The notes below the pieces were generated by a model. The model saw nothing but the letters and a program-made list of their open reading frames with translations, ran no database searches and was not told the origin of the DNA. From contig JASVEC010000010.1 of the NCBI GenBank assembly GCA_030770535.1, forward strand, positions 62,001 through 126,000: a DNA stretch of 64,000 nucleotides, written 5' to 3'. The stretch's first letter is position 1, and the number at the start of each line of letters is the position of its first letter. The position numbers and the translations under genes were made by a program. The DNA comes from Batkoa obscura. Its lineage: Eukaryota. This document shows positions 26,250 to 39,348 of this stretch, in pieces.

Positions 26250-28400
26250 ATATCGAAGGATTGTCATCATAAAAGCTTCAAGGCTCAAATTATGATGCTA
26301 TTATTCTGATTGCAATTTAAGCTTTAAAACTTTTTCAAGTTCTTACCTCCAATAACACTCTAGAAAATTTTTAATATTTTTAAAATATTCATGCTATTCT
26401 TTTTTGCGATTTTAAAATTTACTCATACCACAAACAAAGATCAATTTATCTTAAAAATGTATTCATAAAGCAGCTGTTAATCGCAGGCTGAGGAAACTAA
26501 GATCAAAAAGTAACAAACAATTTTAATATAAAAAAACTTATTTTTGTAGCAAAACGGGATGGTCGAAAAGGAAGTTGAATTATTCAAAGAGTTAGAGTGA
26601 TATTCCAGTACTAATATTTTTTTTGTAAAAATTACTCGTTTTATCTGGAGAGGGATCCAGGAGTATGTTCTCAAAATATTCAAGAAACTTGCAAGTCTAC
26701 AATATATTTTAAGACCCCTCAAAGTAATATATATAGCTATAAAAAGAGTCTTTTAAGTATATTAACAATCAATGAGTTGGGACGTGATTCCTTTAATTTT
26801 AATGCTATAGCTACATACTGGTAAACTTAATATTTAGCTATAGTTTCATAATTATCGCCTAAGTGGAAGTTTAATCAAAAGAAATGGAAATTTGGAAAAA
26901 ATTATATTGTATAAAGATCAAGATGGCAAAAATAGATTTGTTAGATCTTTCGATCATAATTTTAGTAATAAAATACCATTAGTAGTGTTACTAAGTCCTA
27001 AAAGTGATATAAATCCCTTTAGAGGTTTATTCAATTATTCAATCCTAGGCTATTATTTAATAACACACGTGTGGAGAATAATAAGGAGATTTTAAGTAAG
27101 CTGCTTAATAATAAAAACTATCAGGATGAATAAGGGGAATAAATTTTCAAGTATTATTTTGTTAAAAAAAAGGTAAGGCTAGAAAGAGTAAAAAACCGAA
27201 GCTATGGTAAAGGTGGAAGATTGATCAATATTCGTTAGATTACGAACATACGTACCCAATTTTGTATAAACACTACTTCTCATATATAAAAGAGTACCTT
27301 GTTATTTGTAAAGAAGGATTTGTTTGCTTTAACAAACGATGCCTATTTTTTTATAATGTACTTCATATATTTGAATTCATCCTATCCAACTTTAAACTTA
27401 TCCTTAGTTTTATTATAATACTTGTTATATGAATGTTCATAGTATAAACATTAGGCTTATCATTTTGCCCTGCTTTTTAATGTCTTCTCAAAGCGATGAT
27501 AGTACTGATACGTTTTCTAATTTCTCTTTACCCTCAACTTGATTCCAAAAATATTAAAGAGATGACTTTTATGGACACTTATCATTCACATAGTTTATAC
27601 TGTTTAAAATATGGTAGGTTAAGTTTAAGAGATGAATGGCATTGATGGATTTGTAAATACTGCAAAGTAAATTTATCCAATGTTTTGTAATACTAACATT
27701 TTCAATAGAATTATGTGATATTTGATTTCAGACCAAAATCATTGTCTGAACTTTCTATATAATCTTCAACTATGAGGAGATATGGTACTTCAAACTTAAT
27801 CGAAGAAGTTTTTATGTTCGATTATAGTATCAAACGGGTATATTCATTACCATCTTCAAATGAAGAAAAAGAGGAACCTATTATAGAGCATTGTGTGTGT
27901 GGGTATAAATAATTTGAGACATAATGTTTATTTTATGAAACTACAAGAATGACTAATACCATTTAAGCAATATATAAAACAGAAGAGGGTAATACAAATA
28001 TTAATAATAATAGCAAGATAACATTTGATAGGAAGATTGAATGTCTCAGTTTATCGACAGTTTCAACATCATTTTGATGAATGTTATAAATATAAATCCA
28101 ATATAGAAATTATCCTGGTGAACCAGGTGCTAAAATATAGAATATCAATTTATGAAGCTTTGTGCTAATTCAAGTTATCAATTCAACCAATCTTCGATTT
28201 TATTATATATTTATACATAACCTATGGGATGGTATTCTGATAAAGAGCCTATTTTAGATGATGAAATATCTTCCTCATTATTTGAAAGTCCAGGTATTAT
28301 ATAATTTCAGTTAAATAAAAGTTTGATAAAAAAGAAAGATGGTGGAATTAAGCGTCAACACTTTGATATCCAACTTTTACACACGGATTAGTTGTTTATG
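26250..28400 (+). pseudogene. Possible decayed multi-exon gene of unknown family
   Basis: Exon-like, less AT-rich blocks bounded by GT/AG signals (e.g. ...GNLEKIILYKDQDGKNRFVRSFDHNFSNKIPLVVLLSPK, ...LIEEVFMFDYSIKRVYSLPSSNEEKEEPIIEHCVC), interrupted by stops and frameshifts. Boundaries approximate. Confidence 0.35.
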
Positions 28401-29120
28401 GTAAAAAGCTTTAATATGAATAGCAGCATAGAATAGACCTCACTGAGTTTAGAATGTGTAGACCATAGTTTTGATATTTGACCATTTATTTAACTATTAT
28501 ATAAGCCCAAGTTTTTAGAGACATAAAAGCATATTTTGATATAAAAGTCGAAAATTCTGTGAAATTTGTTATAACGAGTATTTTGATCTATCTTATTCAT
28601 AAATATATTTTCTAGTACTCATCTATTTTGATTTTTGATTCTATAGTTGGAATCCAAGCTGTTTTCAGTATCTTAAGCCTATCAAAATAAACTTATTAAC
28701 TTTACACACCGTTATTTAAACCTTATCTGAATTTTGTTTAAACTTGTCAAATAACTTAAAGCAGAACGAAAATAATCATAATGGGTCTCAATATACTTAT
28801 ATTTTTTATTTGGTATCTAATGAAGTAATATGGGATAAGCTAATAAGCATGGCTTATTTAATCTACTTTTCTTTATGTTGAAAATAATAGTTTTAAAAGT
28901 ACTGATAAAACAACGGTGTATTTAAAGAACAAAGTTATTACCATATAAAAGCCACCCAATCAAAGCAAAAGGAACAGGCAAATTCCAAAGATAGTAAATC
29001 TTCAGCAACTATTGTTGATTTACTCCAACAAATTAAGAAACCAAAAGATTTTCTTAACTGAAATTAGTTAATAATCAGAAATACTTTTTATTTCATAATT
29101 AATATTTTCTAACCTTCAAG

Positions 29121-30355
29121 ATGGGTCTTTGTTCAGGGGAAGTAAAATGGAAACGTGAAGTAATTCAGGACCACTCTTTTGATTATGTAGATCCTAGGGA
29201 CTTTCGCAGTCGCTCCGTATGGTTACATATTAAATATCTGTTCATGTTCATTTTGGTGGTTCAATCTGTGCTAATCTATGCTTCTGATTTTTGGACTGCT
29301 TTCAATTTAGCATTTAATTATGAACAGACAAAAGCTATTTATTTTCAAGATAAAGAAGAGAAATGGTTTAGACCCATTTTTTTAGCTTCCATTGGGGTCA
29401 GTTTTTTATTGGCAGTTTATGAATTGAGAAAAGCGTATATTATTTTAAGGTCAAGAGATATTTCATTCACTTATACCAATGTGATTGCACATAGGATCTA
29501 TATTTTAAATTCTTACTCAAATTTTTGTTTCTTTGAGAGGATTGGAACTAACAAATTCTTTTCAGACTTTGTGTCATTTTATGTATTCTTTACTCTTAAA
29601 GGTAATACTATTTTAGCATTTATATATTGGAATATACTAATGTCAAAATAGGTTGGAAACGAGTATTGTTTGCTCAAGCGCCCAGGGAAGTAATCAAGAT
29701 GATAATCATTTACTACCTGATACGAGCCTCAATAAGAAAGGATAAACCGTTCGATTTTAACTCTATACCAAATATCTCCAAAGGTGGTGTGGTCTCTATG
29801 ATATCTATAATATCATTAGTGATCACCAATATCCTTTTTATCTTTTCAATCTTACAGATCATGATCTCAGGCTTATTATATATACCTTTACTATTTAAGA
29901 TTCAAGGTAACCTAAAAGAATACTGCTGTCATAAGATTGATAAGCGTATTACCAAGTTACTACAAACTCAGTCCCAAAAACGTATAAAAGAGAATGAAGT
30001 GTATAAACTAGGCCATTTGAAAAAAGAGAGTGAAAGTTTGATCAAACCAACACTACCTAAGATCCAACTAGATGAAGACGATAGGTCAACATACTCTCAT
30101 CAATCCACGAACTCAACTACCACATTAACTGGGGGTAAAGTGAGTAAAAATGGAGTGCGTCCTTTTTCACCATCTGATCAGACAGTCAGTAGTAGGTCTA
30201 ATACACCTACCAGTGAGGGGAATGCGTTTAGAAATGCAGTTAGATCGCCTACTCACCAGCATTCGTTTTCAGGGAATTCAAATGCGTCTGGCGGTTACAG
30301 GCCGCCACCCTCCGTGTTTTCCAATGGTAAGAATAGTAGATCGCCCCCCTTTTAG
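29121..30355 (+). CDS. KCH1: Kch1/Prm6-family low-affinity K+ transporter; intron 29602-29651
   Basis: KWKREVIQDHSFDYVDPRDF, IYASDFWTA, DISFTYTN, YVFFTLK|GWKRVLFAQAPRE, and LKEYCCHKIDKRI. Confidence 0.88.
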
Positions 30356-30948
30356 TTGATTGTGTTTATAATTAAATATATTATTGTACTGTGTGTCAAG
30401 GTTTAAGTCAAATAGGAGGTCAGCTTTTTTGTTTGTGCTTTTTTGGTGGTTTTATCATATGTGAAATGATTGATTGAATTAAGTAAACATATTTTAATAA
30501 AATTTTATAAGTATCGAAATATTGGTGTTTTTGAAAATGATTAAGTATAAGTTTAGAAAAGTTTATTTTAGTTTTTATATAAGGACGTTCTTTTATTCAA
30601 GAATCTGGCTAATAATATTTTTATATTCTATGCTACTTAAAAAGTGGACAAAATAGCAAATTAAGAAAGCATTCCAATATAATTTATAATAATTGTTATA
30701 CACAGTTGGTTGGGTAACAGGCAAAGCTATAATGATATGTTTTAAGTATTCCAGGTATTAGTTTACTTTGATTAGCTACATCTTCTACAATAAAGATCAT
30801 TATCAAGTTATAAAAAACAAAAGTAGATTTAAAGATTATTTATGTTTAGCATTACACTTATTGTTTTATTGAAAATGAAACATTGGAATTTAAAAAATTA
30901 AAGAGTTTAAAGTTTTAAAATATAATTTTAATAATAATACTAAATAAT

Positions 30949-33063
30949 TTAGATTCTGTTAACAAGGTGAGGTACTTGCCTGTTGGAATAATAGTCAAGA
31001 GCCTTCTTGGCCTTTTCAGCTACCTTAGCTGGGGTGATACCAAAGGTTTCATAAAGTTGATTGGCAGGGGCAGAAGCACCGAAACTTGTCATACCGACTT
31101 GAGCATGAGCATATTTTTCCCATCCAAAGACACCTAAAGCTTCACAAGAAATAACTGGTAAACCTTCAGTAAAAACTGAGTTCTTATAATCTTGGCTTTG
31201 CTCTTCAAATAATTCAAAGCATGGGAAAGAAACAATACGAGCTGATATGCCTTCTTCAGCAAGTTTTTTAGCAGCATCAAGAATAATAGCTACTTCAGTA
31301 CCAGTAGCTACTAAAATAACTTTAGCGTCTTGTGGGTCTTCTAAAACGTAAGCTCCCTTAAGGGCTTTTTCAATGGAGGATCCTTTAAGATTTGGTACTC
31401 CTTGACGAGACAAAGATAAAACAGAGGAGGAGTGGAAGTGAGTTAAAGCAGCATAATAAGCAGCAGAAGTTTCATTACCATCAGCTGGGCGATATACGTA
31501 AGTATTTGGAGTAGCACGTAACATGGTTAAAGTTTCAATAGGTTGATGAGTTGGACCATCTTCACCAAGGCCAATAGAGTCATGGGTCATAATGTAAATA
31601 CCTTGTAATTCAGATACAGCAGTAAGACGGGAAGCACCAGCAGCGTAGGAGATGAAGTTAAGGAAAGTAGCACCAAATGGAATGTGAGCACCATAAGCAG
31701 AGATACCATTCATGATGGAAGCCATACCATGTTCACGTACACCAAATCTAAGGTAACGACCAGAGAAATCACCATGACCAGTGGATGATGGTTGGAAATC
31801 AACAGCTTCCTTCCAACGAGTAAGATTAGATGGAGTCAAATCAGCAGATCCACCAATAAGTTCAGGTAAATGTGGGGCAAGGGCACTGATGACTTTACCA
31901 CTAAAAGCACGGGTAGCTTGGGCAGGGTCTTCTGGGCTGAAAGTTGGTAATAGTTTTTCCCAACCTTCTGGTAAGCGTTTTTCAAGACGACGTACGATTT
32001 CATTGGCTTTCTCAGGGAATTTGCCTTTATATTGTTCAAATAAAGTGTTCCATTCTTGTTCAGCTTTGCTACCTTTTTGTTGAACTTCATTATAAAGGTC
32101 TTGGACTTCTTGTGGGACGTAGAAGTGCTTTTCAGGGTCAAAACCAAATTCATTCTTGGCTTTAATAATACCATCCTTACCAAGTGGGGACCCATGAGCA
32201 GAGTGAGTACCAGCAACATGGGAACCAAAACCAATGGTAGTAGTTACTTTGATTAATGAAGGTTTATCAGTTACTTTTTTGGCCTCTTCAATTGCTTTCA
32301 AGATTGATTCGAGGTCATTGTCACCATCTGGGATGGATTGTACATGCCATCCATAAGCTTCGTAACGTTTAACAACATCTTCAGTGAAACCAAGTTCAGT
32401 TGAACCATCAATTTGGATATGGTTAGAGTCGTATAAAGCAATAATTTTACCAAGTTGAAGGTGACCAGCTAATGAGGAAGCTTCACTAGAAACACCTTCT
32501 TGTAAACAACCATCACCAAGGATGACATAAGTATATGAATCAAAGAGGTTAAAGCCTTCTTGGTTATATGTAGCAGCCATATTGGCTTCAGCAACAGCAA
32601 GACCAACGGCATTTGAAATACCTTGGCCTAATGGACCAGTAGTTACTTCAACGCCTTCGGTAAGATGAGATTCTGGATGTCCTGGGCAGAGAGAGTTTAA
32701 TTGACGGAATGCTTTTAAATCTTCAATGGATAATTTATAGCCAGAGAGATGTAATAAAGAGTAAAGTAAAGCAGAAGCATGGCCATTTGATAAGACAAAT
32801 CTATCACGATTTACCTAATGAGAGATGTTAAATATGAAGTAATGTTAAGTGATTTTAAAGAATAATATATAATATAGTATAATAATAGTACTTACCCATT
32901 TTGGATTCTTTGGATTAAACTTCATGACTTTAGAAAATAAGGCATGGGCCATTGGAGCACATCCCATAGGGGCACCAGGATGACCAGAGTTAGCAGCTTG
33001 AACTTGTTCAGCTGAAAGGACACGAATTGTGTTGATAGCGAGTTGGTCGATTTGAGAAACCAT
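30949..33063 (-). CDS. TKL1: Transketolase; one intron 32895-32815
   Basis: AINTIR...[52 protein letters not shown], and [16 protein letters not shown]. Confidence 0.98.
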
Positions 33064-34082
33064 TTTTGATAAATATTTAGCAATTACTTTCATTTAAAGT
33101 TCTATTTTTGAGTTTATATACCCTTCATAGTGAAACGAGACTCGAAATTGATTGGTTAAATAAATTTATTGACCTGGAAAAATAGCAAAGATTTAAAAGC
33201 TATTCTTCAAAATTGTAAATCAATTGGCTGTATCCCCCTAATTTAATACTACTTTCTTCTAAAGTTATCAAATTGTATTACTATTAAAAATCTTCTTTTG
33301 TTAAGTGACGTAACCTAGGAGTTATTAACCTTAAGCTACAAATTGAAACGTACATCATATGGTGGTGTATCTATTAATAAAAAATATTATTAATAGTATA
33401 TCAAAGTCAACATATTAATAATGCAGATTACTATTTCTTTATTTAAATATAATATCTTTAAGTTATTTATTATTTCCTGTATAAAAATAGTGAAAAATTG
33501 ATTTATAAGTGATTATAAATTGTGCGAAATAGCTTTATGCAGAGAGTCGAGTTCCTTTTATTGGTTTTTATTAGTTCTACCTATTACAAAGCAAAATTAA
33601 GCTGTAGCGTGGGTCAATTTAACCGATAGTTTAATGATCTTTGTAATATACCTTCGTGTAAATTTGGTTATATTAGCATATAGATAAGACTTATAAAGAT
33701 GTAAGACATTTCTATAGATATAACTAACGACATTCTATTAAATTAATAGATACACATCAAGATTATAAATGTCATTGATAAACATAATATTATGATTACC
33801 ATTATCACAAGGTAAAAAAATGTAATTATACAATTAGCCTATTTGGATAATTGTTTTATTAAATATGAAATTATGGTTAAAAACATGATTTGGTTATATA
33901 TTAAAATTAAAGGAAACCTTTTAGGAAATAAATATTTAGCAGAGGGTTATTACATCAGTGATAAGGTACAATAGAGACATCAAATAACTTTTCATAAAAA
34001 GATTTTTCATGTTATAGCCTATGTAGTTGAAGTAAAGTAAAGCAAAACAGAGTTGACAAATTTTTATTTAATAACACTATAT

Positions 34083-34181
34083 GGGGATGATTTTTTTGAT
34101 TTCATTACTTTTTCCACCTTTTAAGCGCTATTTAAGCGGAAAATTTGTTAGTAAAATTCTTAAACACAAAAATACATCCCC
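34083..34181 (+). mobile_element. MITE family copy 5
   Basis: ATAT|GGGGATGATTTTTTTGA...AAAAATACATCCCC|ATAT. Confidence 0.92.
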
Positions 34182-34873
34182 ATATTAAATGAAAAAAAAT
34201 TATAAAATTTAATATAATAGTTAATAAGAATAAACTTGATTTTATTATTAATTTAAAAAGCAAAGACATTGTTTATGACATTCTATGAGTAATAACATAT
34301 ATTACCAATGTCTATAAAAATGATAGCTTGAGAGTATGATATTATTTTAAATATCTTAGAAATTCTTTCAAGGTTTTCAACTGGTAGAGTTCTAGGTACG
34401 AAGCTAAAAAAATTAAAATTATTAATAAACTTTAAGTTTTATTTCTTGTAAAAAGATTCTTTTTATTTATAATGTAATATGGGAAAGTAAGAAAAATTCT
34501 ATTAATATATTAAAGATTAATAGTATTAAGTGTGAATCTATTCGAAACCAAAGAGTTTAGTATTTGCTATTTAGTCAGAAATATAAAATGAGAATGAAGT
34601 AAAGATTGTAAAAAAAACATTCTTTATTTAAGTATATTTTACTACTATTTATTTACTGCTACATGTACTGAATACAGAGGTCACTGTCCAGAAATATTAG
34701 TTATATTTAATATACTTGGATACTATAGTATATAGAAGACTATAGTATACATTTATTGGTTTATACCTTACTAAAGATATCCAATATTTTAATATCGGAA
34801 TAAATTTATAAATATGTCACGTCTTGTTAAATAGCTCATTGGTATTTTATGTACAATAGCCTAATTACAATAT

Positions 34874-34969
34874 AAGGATGTATTTTTGTGTCTAAAAATT
34901 TTACTAACAATTTTTCTGCTCAAATAGCGCTTAAAGGACAGAAAAAGTAATGAAGTAAAAAAAAACCCC
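34874..34969 (-). mobile_element. MITE family copy 6 (reverse orientation)
   Basis: ATAT|AAGGATGTATTTTTGTG...AAAAAAAAACCCC|ATAT. Confidence 0.85.
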
Positions 34970-36382
34970 ATATTCTATTAAGTTGAACCATAATAACTAA
35001 AAATAATACTATATATATTTGGTTTTAGTAAACCTGAACTAATTAGATTATTTTAATAATTGATTGTTTATATCAATTCTTTATTGTTGCTATTTTTGTC
35101 CTCAACTAAACGCTCATTTTTGTAGAAGCTTTATATTTATTGTCAATAAAAACAACGTTTCTACGAAATTGGAACTTAGTTATTAACAAAAGGTAGTATC
35201 ATTCTTTGGAGAAAAAAGCTTTAATTATGTTTTAATTATTTATTGTTTTGTTTAATCCTAACTTTATTGAATTCAAGTACTTTGTTTAATTGTTTTAACC
35301 TAAAGCTATATAAATATTATAGATATAGCAATATATTAACAAAAATGTATAAATTTTTTTAATAACATTATCATTGTCCATACAAAAAATACCTTCAGTT
35401 ATCTTGAAACAATAAAAAGATAAATTTATTGCTATAAAATATTAAAAAAACAAATAAAAACGACAATAAATATTTATTAAAAAGACAACTAAAAGTAAAT
35501 TAAAAAAAACAGTAAATATTCTTAAAATAAAAAGTAAAACGTTTTTTTAATGTTCAATTTAAAAAGAAATTTTACTTTAATCCTTAATTACTTTCTACTC
35601 TTTAATATGATAAAAAGGGTTTAAATTAAAACATCATCTATCCACATAAAAATTTAAAAAAATTACTATATGATAAAAGAAGCTTCTTTCTATGTTCTAG
35701 TTTTTTAACACATTTTTAAAATGGGCAATAGTCCTCTTATTAAATACAATAACAATACATATAATAAGCATTTAATTATAGAATAGAACCACTTACAGTA
35801 TAATATGAAATATTAGAAATAGAACAAATTAAAAAATAGTAATTTTTATTTTAATTCTGGATTTTTATTTTGGTAAAACTCAATGATATAATAAATCCTT
35901 GTTACATAATGGGGTAGATTCTATTTATTTGATTTTGAAACATAACATTATTATCCTACTTAATAGGTTTTATATAATAATGAAGTATTATATATCAAAT
36001 TACTGTTTGATACTATAGACTTATTATAACCCAATTAATATTGTATACTAAATAACTTCTATCTATTAATTTAATTCTAAAAGTGTTTAACACTAACATT
36101 CGTATATCTAATATTATAAAAACTTCTTTTTTTCTTTCAAAATAAACCTGTTTAGTTAATTTAATAAAACAGGAATCTTTTGATTACTACCCTTTTAAAT
36201 AAGTTCTAATTAAAATAAATGATACCAATATAAAAGGACCTTAAACTTATTATCACTACAAAAAAGCCACCATTTCCTTTTTTAATAATGATAATCCTTG
36301 TTCTATTAGCATCTTGAATCAATATATATATATAAAGGTTAAAAAATTTACAAGAAAACACTTTTAAATCTTTTTAACAACT

Positions 36383-36880
36383 ATGAAGTTATTTTGGCTT
36401 TTTTTACTATCGATTTTAACCGTGAATGGTGTTAATTTAACTTGTGGTGATTTTCATAAAGCATTTACAGCAATATGTAACGAACTTGGGGCAGCGATGC
36501 CAACTGTATTAAAAAATATAGGTTCTTGCCAATCCACTTGTAAAGATGACAATTGTAAAGATTCATGTTCCCAGACTTATTTTATGAAAATTATTGATCC
36601 AAAAGTATTAGATCCTATCGTTGATTGTGTTAAACAAAATCGTAATGATATTACTATGTTTTCTAATTGTACCAAAGTAGATCAAAAAACCGCTAATACT
36701 ACAATGAGTTGTTTGGAAAACTGTAAAAATGAAAGTTCATGCGAGTTGGAATGTGAGTTAGATCTTTATCAATTCAAAAAGAAAGGTGGATTTCAAAAAA
36801 GTAGTTTGGCTACAAATCTTAATCTCCCTAACTTTATCGTTTTGTTTATTCTATCCTCCTTTATGATTATACTGCTTTAA
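36383..36880 (+). CDS. Small secreted Cys-rich protein, probably GPI- or membrane-anchored (165 aa, 12 Cys, intronless)
   Basis: Signal-peptide-like MKLFWLFLLSILTVNG, two CxxxC-x4/5-CxxxC units, and a hydrophobic C-terminus FIVLFILSSFMIILL after small residues (SSLA). Confidence 0.8.
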   Translation: MKLFWLFLLSILTVNGVNLTCGDFHKAFTAICNELGAAMPTVLKNIGSCQSTCKDDNCKDSCSQTYFMKIIDPKVLDPIVDCVKQNRNDITMFSNCTKVDQKTANTTMSCLENCKNESSCELECELDLYQFKKKGGFQKSSLATNLNLPNFIVLFILSSFMIILL

Positions 36881-37494
36881 TTAAATAAAATTATATCAAA
36901 AGTTAGAAACATCTATGAAAACTTACTATTTGAACATCTATTATTGTTATTATTTCATATTGTAATACGTTACTTCTAAATCTTGAATTATAAGAATTCA
37001 AATAGTTAGATTGATTTTAAAAAAACATTGATATCTTTTATACATAAGTCAACTTATGAATCGAAGTAATTAAGAATTCAACACCATTTGATATTGAAAA
37101 AAGTCCTATCTTAATATATTAAAAATAACAAAAGCAAGTAAATATAAGTTTGGTTTTGTATCTCATTGTATTAAAACAATTTCATTCTTTTTGAACTAAT
37201 TTAAACTTTTTGACTTCATTTTGACAAAATAAAAATATTTGTTACAATAAAAATATTTTTTGTTTAATAGAAAAATAAATAACATTGAATTTTTTACTTG
37301 TATACTACTGTTGATAATATTTGTATTTATGTTATTACAAAACTTTGATGTAAGAATTTTGATCTAGATAATTCACTGTAACTTCAAATATATAGTAAAC
37401 TATTTGGTAATATTTAAATGATGTTGGTATAAAAGGTTTCGCCTGTAAAAACAGCTTATATGACTTGTATTATTTACAATATAAACAATTATAT

Positions 37495-37694
37495 GGGAGT
37501 GTTTTTTTTGACTTCATTATTTCTTCCATTTTTAAGCGCTATTTAAGCGGAAAATTTGTTAGTAAAACCCTTAAACACAAAAATACATCCCCATATGGTG
37601 ATGTTTTTTTTTGACTTCATCACTTTTTTCCTCTTTTAAGCACTATTTGAGCAGAAAGATTGTTGGTAAAATTCTTACATAAAAATACATCCTC
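37495..37694 (+). mobile_element. MITE family copies 7 and 8, head-to-tail (37495-37592 and 37597-37694), sharing one ATAT
   Basis: ATAT|GGGAGTG...CATCCCC|ATAT|GGTGATG...CATCCTC|ATAT. Confidence 0.92.
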
Positions 37695-37790
37695 ATATTG
37701 TATTTTTAATATATTTTTTAACTATTTCATTGTTATAGTTACAACTACCTCTTTTGCATTTTTGTATTTGTTTTAATAAACATAGTATTT

Positions 37791-37887
37791 AGAAGTGTTT
37801 TCTAGTTCCATCGCTTTTTCCATTTTCCAAGTGCTATTTGAATAGAATAATTGTTAGTAAAATTTTTGAACAAAAAAATACATCCTC
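37791..37887 (+). mobile_element. MITE family copy 9 (diverged)
   Basis: ATTT|AGAAGTGTTTTCTAG...GTGCTATTTGAATAGAATAATTGTTAGTAAAATTTTTGAACAAAAAAATACATCCTC|ATTC. Confidence 0.75.
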
Positions 37888-38072
37888 ATTCTTTGTTAGT
37901 TTTTTAGTATAATATTTAATTTAATATATTAATATTAGTTTATTTTCTGTTAAACATTTATTAAAAATTTCAGTATTTAAATTCAAATATAAAAAACGGC
38001 ATAATATAATAAAAAATAAAGTAGTTTAATAAACATCTCTAATAAAGTAAAAATATAAAATAAAATATAAAT

Positions 38073-38170
38073 GGGGCTGTTTTTTTTAGTTTCATTATTT
38101 TTCCATTTTTTAAGCACTATTTAAGTGGAAAGATCGTTGGTAAAATTCTTAAACAAAAAAATACATCCCC
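38073..38170 (+). mobile_element. MITE family copy 10
   Basis: AAAT|GGGGCTGTTTTTT...ATACATCCCC|AAAT; TSD AAAT. Confidence 0.92.
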
Positions 38171-38238
38171 AAATAGTAACAAATTAATATTAAAATTAAA
38201 ATATTTACTAAAACATTTTATATTTGTAATGCTAATAT

Positions 38239-38335
38239 GGAAATGTTTTTTTGACTTCATCACTTTTTCTATTTTTTAAGCCCTATTTAAGTGAAAAAAT
38301 TATTAGTAAAATTCTTAAACACAAAATACATCCTC
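38239..38335 (+). mobile_element. MITE family copy 11
   Basis: ATAT|GGAAATGTTTTTTTGAC...AATACATCCTC|ATAT. Confidence 0.88.
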
Positions 38336-38443
38336 ATATATTTAAAAAGTATAAAAAATCATATAAATATATAATTAGTTTAGAATAAATAATAATAACA
38401 ATAAAACATAATATTTCTTTTAATAAAATTAGTTAGAATATAT

Positions 38444-38904
38444 TGTGAAATATCACTTTATCAACTCCATGATTGATTATAGCATAGTAACCATATAAGT
38501 TGTGCTCTTGAGCTCAGAGACAATCAATCCCATGCTCTTAATTTGATTTGCTATGGGAATTTCTAGCTTCATCTCAAAGAACATTATCTTCTCCCCTTGA
38601 TATTTATACTTGTCAGAGTATAAAAGAAATTTTAGAGTATAGTAACTCAAGGCTTTTTAACTGAATTATTTCTTGGTATCTCGCACATTTAATAAAGCCG
38701 CTAAATTTTCTTAAGAGTATTTTTCATAGATTTTACAGTGATATTGTCTATTCTATTTGTCTTATATACTTTATGGTATATTACTTGCTATTATTCGTAA
38801 TCCAAGTCTATCTTAGTCACATAAATTAAGACCTTTCGACTTATAGTATAGTCAACCAGATGATAGCTCTTATTGACTCCAGTTACTGAGTATCAGATCT
38901 CACA
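38444..38904 (+). mobile_element. Probable solo LTR (about 460 bp)
   Basis: TGTGAAATAT...AGATCTCACA termini (imperfect inverted repeat, TG...CA), flanks ATAT/ATAC, internal TATAAAAG near 38619 and AATAAA at 38691, and less AT-rich than its flanks. Confidence 0.55.
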
Positions 38905-38966
38905 ATACTAAAACCAATTAAGTAATTAAAATAAACTTTAATATTTTAATAAATTAACTAAAATAT

Positions 38967-39065
38967 GGGGATGTATTTCTGTATTTAAGAGTTTTACTAA
39001 CAAATTTTCCGCTCAAATAGCGCTTAAAAAATGGAAAAAATAATGAAGTCAAAAGAAACACTCTC
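38967..39065 (-). mobile_element. MITE family copy 12 (reverse orientation)
   Basis: ATAT|GGGGATGTATTTCTG...AAAAGAAACACTCTC|ATAT. Confidence 0.9.
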
Positions 39066-39217
39066 ATATATTAGTTATTCAGAAATTAAATTGCTTTCAA
39101 AAATTTTAATAGCCTTTTTATATACATTAATAATCAAAGTTATTTATGAAAAATTTTGTTTTAAAAACAACAATAAAAAATCAAATATATGTAAAATTAT
39201 ATTAAATTAAATATGTG

Positions 39218-39348
39218 AAGAATGTGTTTCCATGTTTGAGAATTTTACTAATAATTTTTCTGCTTAAATAGTGCTTGAAAATAGAAAAAGGAATGAAATC
39301 AAAAAAAACATACTCATATGAAAGTAATGAAGCTAAAAAAACACTTTC
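39218..39348 (-). mobile_element. MITE family copy 13 (diverged, to 39315) followed by a duplicated terminal fragment (39320-39348)
   Basis: ...GAATTTTACTAATAATTTTTCTGCTTAAATAGTGCTTGAAAATAGAAAAAGGAATGAAATCAAAAAAAACATACTC|ATAT, then GAAAGTAATGAAGCTAAAAAAACACTTTC|ATAT. Left boundary approximate. Confidence 0.75.

Noticed and set aside
31781..32256. Overlapping ORFs within transketolase (likewise 4092..4322, 11697..12008, 16186..16509, 60855..61334 and similar)
   Set aside because: Antisense or alternate-frame shadows of well-supported genes, with no recognisable motifs.
34083..34969. Two inverted MITE copies as the ends of one ~890-bp composite transposon
   Set aside because: Each copy has its own TSD on both sides, ATAT is the commonest target, and the interval has no ORF.
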